Positions 55,878-64,000 of a stretch of 64,000 nt of DNA are shown one piece after another. Within the stretch, counting starts at the first letter, position 1. Each line of letters starts with the position of its first letter. The position numbers and the translations under genes were made by a program. Below the pieces are notes generated by a model. That model was not told where the DNA came from. It saw only the letters and a list, made by a program, of their open reading frames with translations, and did not search any database. The stretch is taken from the NCBI GenBank assembly GCA_964016885.1, contig OZ024763.1, forward strand, positions 24,738,001-24,802,000, in the 5' to 3' direction. This stretch comes from Eledone cirrhosa (taxonomy: Eukaryota).

Positions 55878-56214
55878 CTTTCACAAATATTCCTATAAAT
55901 TCATACATGCAGTTTACATGTCAAGGAAACGACAGAAAATAAGTTTAAAAGGGGCGAAGTGAATTTGATTGGAAATGATATATGGTTAAAGTTTAAAGAA
56001 CGTTGAGATGGAATCAGTCCAAAGACAGGAGGGTATTGTGCCAAAACCTCTCAATCCTTTGCTATCTATTCCTTTTGTCCTTTGAAAAATATTAACCCTC
56101 TTCCTTACCATATTTCTTTTCAAAGACAGCTTTGGTGTGGAGGGAAGGGTTTATAATTTGGAAAATATCAAAGGATTTGAATGGATCTTGTAAAATATGT
56201 TTGTAGGAGTCATT

Positions 56215-56500
56215 GTGGATTGGCAGTATCGGTAGAGGGTCGGACGCCATGCTTTCAAGCATAGTTACGTCCCTTTACGATCTGTTCAAATCACGCCGAG
56301 GTTGACTTTGCCTTTCATCCTTACGGGGTCGATAAGATAAAGTACCAGTAATGCACTGGGTAATTGCTCGCCTTGTGCCTAAAGTAGAAACAAGTATCGG
56401 TAGAGGGTCGGACATTATGCTCTGCAGCATAGTTACGTCTCTTTACTGACTGAGTTCAAATCCCGCCGAGGTTAACTTTGCCTTTAGGCACAAGGCGAGC
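56215..56500 (+). mobile_element. Two SINE family A copies (second partly deleted)
   Basis: GTGGATTGGCAGTATCGGTAGAGGGTCGGAC head, B-box and family A body. Confidence 0.8.
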
Positions 56501-57344
56501 AAATTTAACCTTTTCGTTAATATATTTCTCAAGAAATGCAGCTTGGTATTTGGAACATAACTTAACAAAGGTTCTTCTCTAAATTTAGATAAACATAACA
56601 CTAACCTTTTTATTACCATATTTCTTTAAAAACACAACTTGGCGTGGAGGGAATGGCTTATAATTTTGAATATAACAAAGGATTTGAATGGATCTTGTAA
56701 AATATTTTGGTGTTTGGAACATAACTTAACAAAGGTTCTTCCATAAATTTTGATAAATATAACACTAACGTTTTCGTTAATATATTTCTAAAGAAAGGCA
56801 GCTTTGAATGGATCTTGTAAAATATCTTTCTTATTATTAAGTTGGTGTTTGGAACATAACGTAACAAAGGTTCTTTCATAAATTTAGATAATTATAACAC
56901 TCACATTTTCGTTAATATATTTCTTAAGAACGGCAGCTTGGTGGTGGAGGGGTAGATATATAATTTGAATATAATCAGGAATTCGAATGGATCAATTTGG
57001 TGTTTGGAACATAACATAACAAACGTTCTTCCATAAATTTACAGAAGTATAACGTTAACCTTTTCATTACCATATTTCTTAAGAAAGACAGCTTGGTGAT
57101 GGAGGGGTAGGTGTATATTTTGAATATAACCAGGGATTCGTTTGGATTTCGTAAAATATTTCTCTCATTATAAATTTGGCGTTTGGAACATAACATAACA
57201 AAGGTTCTTCCATAAATTTAGATAAATATAACTAACCTTTTCGTTACTGTATTTCTGAAGGAAGGCAACTTGTGTGGTGTAGGTATATAATTTTGAATAT
57301 AGCCAAGGATTTGGACTGGATTTTGTAAAATAACTTTCTCTTGC

Positions 57345-57705
57345 TTTGTGTTATGTAGTTACTCTCCTTTACGTTCTGAGTTCAAATCCTGCCGTGGTTA
57401 GCTTTGCCTTTCATCCTTACGAGGTCGATAAAATAAAATACCAGTAATGCACGAGGTTGTTTTTATCGATCTTCCCGCTCCCTCCGCCAAAATTGTTGAC
57501 ATTTTGCCTAAATCAAATCCGTGGATTGGCAATATCGGAAGAGGGTCGGACACCATGCTTTGACGCATAGAGTTAGGGCCCTTTATGATCTGATTTCAAA
57601 TCCCGCCAAGGTTAACTTTGCCTTTCATCCTTACGAGGTCGATAAAATAAAGTACCAGTAATGCACTGAGTAATTGCTGGCCTTGTGCCAAAAGTAGAAA
57701 CAATC
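57345..57705 (+). mobile_element. Two SINE family A copies
   Basis: Family A body at about 57345-57512 and 57521-57705. Confidence 0.8.
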
Positions 57706-58132
57706 AGTTATCTAGTGTTGGGAACATAACTTAAAAAAGGTTTTGTTACATAAAATTATGGTGAAAACTTTTTAGATAAATATAAACACATTAATCCTTT
57801 CCTTACCATATTTCTAATAAAATTCACTACCAATGGTTTTCAATTAATTTTGAATAATATTTAAGAATTTGCAAGGATTTGGTAATATAACTAACTTTCA
57901 AATTGAAAGGGCCTTGCATAAATTATAGAGACATTTTTTAGATAAATAAAGGGTTTTGCGTCATAGATGCGAGTTCTATTCCCAGACTGAGCGATGCGTT
58001 ATAACCATGAGTAAGACATTTTATTTCACGTTGCTCTTTCTGTCAGGGGTTACGAACAACAGGTAGTATCAGCAATGGAACGACCAATGGTATCGTTGTT
58101 TCTTTGGTCCAATTTGATACGTTCACTCCCCT

Positions 58133-58861
58133 TGGCAGGACCGTGGTCTAGTCGTATGTCGTAGGTTCGATTCCTTAACAGTGTTGTGTGTTGTGTCCTT
58201 GAGCAAATCACTTTATTTCGCGTTGATCCAATATTCTCAGCTGAAAATGAGTACCTGCAATAGCTGGAGGTTTAACCCTGCGAGGGACTGGCGTTCTCTC
58301 CAGGAGGAGAGCCTTGTGGTCATAGTCCCTTCACTCCACAGAACCCGGGATAAGAACCGACCTGATAAGCCTCCTGGCATGAGACTGACGTTAACCGTGC
58401 GATAGACTGGCCTCCTATCCAGGGGAAGTATTGTATTCTCAGTCACTTCACGCAATGGAAACCAGGAGAGGCACCGTTCTGATGAGCCTCCGGGTTCGAG
58501 AAAGACTTTAACCGTGCGATAGACTGGCCTCCTGTCCAGGGGAAGTGTTGTATTCTCAGTCACTTCACGCTATGGAAACCAGGAGAGGCACCGTTCTTAT
58601 GAGCCTCCGGGTTCGAGAAAGACTTTAACCCTGCGATAGACTGGCCTCCTGTCCAGGGGAAGTGTTGTATTCTCAGTCGATTCACGCTATGGAAACCAGG
58701 AAAGCTAGCAGCCTCATGAGCCTCCGGATTAGAGACAGACTTTAACCCTGTGATGGACTGGCGTCCTTTCAAGGGAAAGTATTGTATTCTCACTCACTTC
58801 ACGTTATGGAAACCAAGAAAGACACCGGCACGGTGAACCCTCGGACTCGTGACAGACCTTT
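58133..58861 (+). mobile_element. tRNA/CORE-like SINE whose 3' domain is repeated 5 x about 117 bp
   Basis: GGTTCGATTCC B-box and TGTGTCCTTGAGCAA. Units start TTAACC(C/G)TG(C/T)GA at 58272, 58391, 58508, 58625 and 58742. Confidence 0.8.
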
Positions 58862-59129
58862 AGACCCCATTCCGCAAGCGAATGTGGTCTGGGATCTTGT
58901 CAATGTATTCGATAGTTCGTATCCTAGAAGCAGGTAAATTTCAGTCAGTTCACTATCAAAAGGGTTAATCTTGACTAAAAGAGAGGAAGATTAGGAAAGA
59001 GAGAGATTGTGGTGATTGTATGGCTATAGAAAATAATTAATTATGGCGTTCATTAGTGTGGAGTGTCACGGTTAAGTTGGTAGCCGCAACACCCTCTAAG
59101 CCTGATGTTGATTGTGATGGTGATGATGA

Positions 59130-59178
<49 letters not shown>

Positions 59179-59357
59179 GACTATGTTGGTGATGGTAATA
59201 CTACTACTGGTGCAGCTTTTGCTGCTGCTACTCATGATGATGATGATGATAATTCTTGATTTGGTAATTTGATAAGCTGCTTCTTAAAATCACGTATATG
59301 CAGATGCTATATATATATATATATATATATGCGAGTGTGTACACACACATATATAAT

Positions 59358-59516
<159 letters not shown>

Positions 59517-59775
59517 GGAAAAAATGAAACGAAATTTCATTTCCCACTCTTAGTACGGCTGTTACTTAAATATAAGTATGTACACGTACATACATATATG
59601 TATACAGACGTACAGTAGTATGTATATATATATATACATACATGCACACATATATGCACGTATGGATTAACCGAACATTTATTATAATGCTCGGTGTGCT
59701 TGTAAACAAACATCCCGTATTAAGCTGTAGTGTCCAGCAATCAACGTTGCTCGTTTGTTCAACACTGACAAAGGA

Positions 59776-59818
59776 ACGCTGTACTAGTTTCAAGCTTATT
59801 AGCTATCGTCAGCAACGT
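59776..59818 (-). ncRNA. Inverted copy of the 59975-60017 hammerhead
   Basis: Exact reverse complement, lying in the left arm of inverted repeat 59570-59850 / 59943-60227. Confidence 0.85.
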
Positions 59819-59974
59819 CTACCTTCCTGCCAGATTCTTGAACGTATATACTTACCTTATGCATATTAATGGCTGAGTAGCCCAATTTGCATATCGAGAG
59901 GGTTAATCGGCCGGGTGCACCGAAAACGATAAACGGAAAAAATATATATGTTCAAGAATCTGGCAGGAAGGTAT

Positions 59975-60017
59975 ACGTTGCTGACGATAGCTAATAAGCT
60001 TGAAACTAGTACAGCGT
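59975..60017 (+). ncRNA. Minimal type I hammerhead ribozyme
   Basis: ACGTTG-CTGACGA-T-AGCT(AATA)AGCT-T-GAA-ACTAGT-A^CAGCGT, GUA site. Confidence 0.85.
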
Positions 60018-60220
60018 TCCTTTGTCAGTGTTGAGCAAACGAGCAACGATGGTTGCTGGACACTACGGCTTAATACGGGATGTTTGTTTACAAGCACACC
60101 GAGCATTATAACAAATGTTCGGTGAATCCATATGTGCATATATATATGTGTGCATGTATGTATATATATATATACATACTACTGTACGTCTGTATACATA
60201 TATGTATGTACGTGTACATA

Positions 60221-60394
<174 letters not shown>

Positions 60395-60446
60395 CATATA
60401 TGTAGAGATAGATAGATAAATATATTATATGTGTGTGGACACACAC

Positions 60447-60506
<60 letters not shown>

Positions 60507-60731
60507 GTATATTGATATATTGATATATATGATATTCATGTATGTATATATATGTGTGTGTGTATATGATACACACACACACACACATATATATACATAC
60601 ATATATATACGCCATATGTATATATAATATAGCGAGCTAATCATACAGAGACATCCATCTAATACAGACATAAATCTCCAGTGTAGTTAAACATAAATTC
60701 TTTATCAAGATGTTTCTTACATTTTTAATAT

Positions 60732-61545
60732 ATGATGTGAGTGTAAGATAACTTCATAAATTGCAAGGCAAACATACGCACACACACACACACACACATA
60801 CATAATACGTACACACGCACACACACATACATAATACGTACACACGCACACATACATACGCACACGCACACATACATACGCACACGCACACATACATAAT
60901 ACGTACACACGCACACATACATATGCACACACACACACACATACTTAATACGTACACACGCACACATACATACGCACACACACACATACATAATACGTAC
61001 ACACGCACACATACATACGCACACACAAACATACATAATATGTACACACACATATACATGCACACACAAACACACACATGAACACGTACACACAGACACA
61101 CACATACATGCACACACACACACGCATGAACACGCACACACACACAACCATATACATGCACACATACATGATGTGAGTGTAAGATAGCTTCATAAATTGC
61201 AAGGCAAACATACGCACACACACACACATACATAATACGTACACACGCACACATACATACGCACACACACACACATACATAATGCGTACACACGCACACA
61301 TACATACGCACACACACACACATACATAATACGTACACACGCACACATACATACGCACACACAAACATACATAATATGTACACACACATATACGTGCACA
61401 CACAAACACACACATGAACACGTACACAGACACACACATATACATGCACACACACACATGAACACGTACACACACACACACACACAACCATATACATTCA
61501 CACATACATGATGTGAGTGTAAGAGAACTTCATAAATTGCACTAC
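60732..61545. repeat. Higher-order repeat within a CA-rich tract
   Basis: Anchor ATGATGTGAGTGTAAGA.A.CTTCATAAATTGCA at about 60732, 61168 and 61508, separated by degenerate (CA)n subrepeats. Confidence 0.85.
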
Positions 61546-61992
61546 ACTACACACACGTGTACACATACACACATATATACGTACACGTACACGCACCACA
61601 CCCACACACATGCACACATATGCAAACATGGACAAGCTCATACCCAAATACAAATACAGATATGCACACATATACGTAGACACGCATGCACACATACGCA
61701 CGCACAACCTCATACTTAAACACACGCACAGACATACACACATGTACACACACATATGCAAACATACACAAGCTCACACACAAACCCAAACATAGACATT
61801 CACACACATACACACACACATGCACACATACACAAGCACATATTCAAAGACAAACACAGACACATATACACAAGTTCATACTGTAACACAAACACAGGCA
61901 TACACACATACAGGTACACACGTACACACACAAGCTTATACGCAAGCACACACACAGAGACACACACACATGCCCTTACATACACACGAGCT

Positions 61993-62051
<59 letters not shown>

Positions 62052-62481
62052 CAGACACAAACTATCACACAGACAGACACAAGCATAGATAAAAACACAT
62101 ACAGGTACACAAACACACACAGATACAGACACACACATGCACACAGACAGATATGCGAATTCTCACACAGCTACACACACATGCACACATACACAAGCAC
62201 ATACACACACAGACAGAAAAACACACACATGCACGTACACAAAGACACACAGATAGACACACACACATACACAACCACATACATACACACAGACAAACAC
62301 ACACATACAGATACACACACACACACATACACACACTAGGTGAATCAATGTGTTGGAAGCTCACCACAGAAACTTGACCTGCGGGCTATTCCAGTGAAAT
62401 CTCTGTGGAATCCTATACCAGAGGAAATATGACACAATATGGACCACAAGACCGGATGCGGCATTCAACCCCCCCCCCCCC

Positions 62482-62532
<51 letters not shown>

Positions 62533-62561
62533 GACGTAAAATAAGGAAATCTAAAATTTTC

Positions 62562-62643
62562 ACTCCAACTAATTAGTTTCTGTAAGGGGATAAATATAGT
62601 TACATAATATAACTATAGAGAATTCCTTACGTCATCAGCGAGT
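62562..62643 (-). ncRNA. Type I hammerhead motif with extended stem II
   Basis: Minus strand: ACTCG-CTGATGA-C-GTAAGG...TATAGTTA/TAACTATA...CCTTAC-A-GAA-ACTAATTAGT-T^GGAGT. The first pair of stem I is mismatched. Confidence 0.7.
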
Positions 62644-63582
62644 CTATTCTCAGCTAAGTTCCCAGGCGATGCGCGGACACTAGGAACCCATATAAAAATA
62701 ATAATAATTCAGTGGATGGAACAAAGCTAGCGAGTACTAAATTCCGGAGCACTGAAAAAATTCACTGCCTCTGGTCAGTGGCAGATTCTAAAGAATCAAT
62801 CACGTGACACTGAGGTTAATCAGTTAGGAGCGGGGTGGTATTATGACAAGAGCCTACTACTACCATGAATCAGCAGTAAATTTTGGCAAGTTTTGCCCAA
62901 CAAATAATTTGGAGATAAATATAGAGAATTAGTACATTTACCAACATATGTGTACAGATGTTCACCTATGCTAGCAAATATATATGTTATGTCTTACTAC
63001 CTTTGTGGTTCTATGCAGGGGGATGCAGAACAATTATATGAAAGACGTAAAATAAGGAAATTTTAAAAATTAAAAATATATATTATATATATACAAAATT
63101 ATATTTAACTAAATTAAATTAATGGAGTCATGTCCAAGACATGCGCCATATCAACCGTAGAATAAGCTCAAAGATTCCAATGAATAGATCCGAGCATTTT
63201 TATATCAACTAGAAATTGATTGACATATATACACTGTATATCTAAAATAAACACATGAAACAATCACGGGATAATTTGTAAAGTGTGTAATCACACATAG
63301 CTAGGTAGGTAACTAAAGTTTAATTAAAGCTTCAAATATTACCTTTTAATCATTTTTAAAAATATATATATATAGTATTCCGAGGTGGTGTGGAGCCGTG
63401 TAAGCGTGTATAGTATGGTGCAAATTTATACGGGAACAAAACAGAGAGGCAGACAAATAAAAGTTAATTAGGTGAACCTGATAAACCTTTATTTGTCTGC
63501 CTCTCTGTTTTGTTACCGTATAAATTTGTACTATATATATATAAGCGTTTCTGTATTGATGTATACACATAATTATGTGTAT

Positions 63583-63694
<112 letters not shown>

Positions 63695-64000
63695 CATATA
63701 TTTATTAATAATCATTGTAATACATATTTAAGTTATAACAGTTATGCAAAAGTTATGACCTCATCAGACAGCTAGAATTAACATGTCACAAGTGCTTTGA
63801 GAAAGCAACACTAAATATCAACTCAGGGCATATCAACGAATCGAACCAATAGGAGTAATTTTTATTTCTTTTTCCTGTTTTTTTCTGTTCAACTTCTAGG
63901 TGTCTGAGGAAGTCATATCTGTTGCATAACGTTTATCATTGAAAAATATATAGGACAGAGAAATTGATTTCTTCTCTGAATGAGCATGTATGTGAAAATT

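Larger units (their letters stand above)
56096..58964. mobile_element. Degenerate piggyBac-type (TTAA) MITE region with tandemly reiterated left portion and nested SINEs
   Basis: TTAA|CCCTCTT at 56092-56102 and AAAAGGG|TTAA at 58958-58968. Repeated 'TAACCTTTTCGTTA..ATATTTCT...TTGGAACATAAC' units at 56500-57850. Confidence 0.5.

Noticed and set aside
58475-58515. CTGATGAG...GAAA in the SINE tandem unit as a hammerhead
   Set aside because: The core is present in only one of five units and stems II and III are poor. It is an ordinary SINE tail sequence.
58858-58974. Minus-strand candidate exon (good acceptor, 117 bp, open frame KINPFDSEL...)
   Set aside because: It overlaps the putative TTAA/CCCTTTT MITE end, its donor lies in a SINE tail, and the peptide is not recognisable.
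62340-62465. Candidate minus-strand exon with GTGAGC donor
   Set aside because: The plus strand reads SLWNPIPEEI, like a CR1/L2 C-terminal remnant. The segment is too short to support either call.

Overview
AT-rich eukaryotic, repeat-saturated DNA with no supportable host gene and very dense (TA)n/(CA)n/(TATC)n microsatellites. The SINE, RTE and MITE families resemble those I recognise from octopod cephalopods, but the taxon is an inference. Nearly all ORFs in the track are microsatellite artefacts. The coding sequence I can support is transposon-derived: an apparently intact two-ORF L1/Tx1-type LINE (18248-23985) flanked by (TATC)n, a 5'-truncated RTE LINE with a PHD finger, an R4/Dong-type RLE fragment, small RTE 3' fragments and two hAT-Charlie elements with 8-bp TSDs. 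The main signal not shown in the ORF track is about 16 type I hammerhead ribozyme motifs (CUGANGA-stem II-GAAA-stem III-NUH-stem I) from about 7 unrelated sequence families. They lie in short non-coding modules inserted in (TA)n, often as fold-back (inverted) or tandem copies. This fits Penelope-like pLTR or retrozyme derivatives. One locus has an inverted plus tandem 467-bp unit, and another has two hammerheads on opposite strands. All structures were folded by eye and no searches were run.
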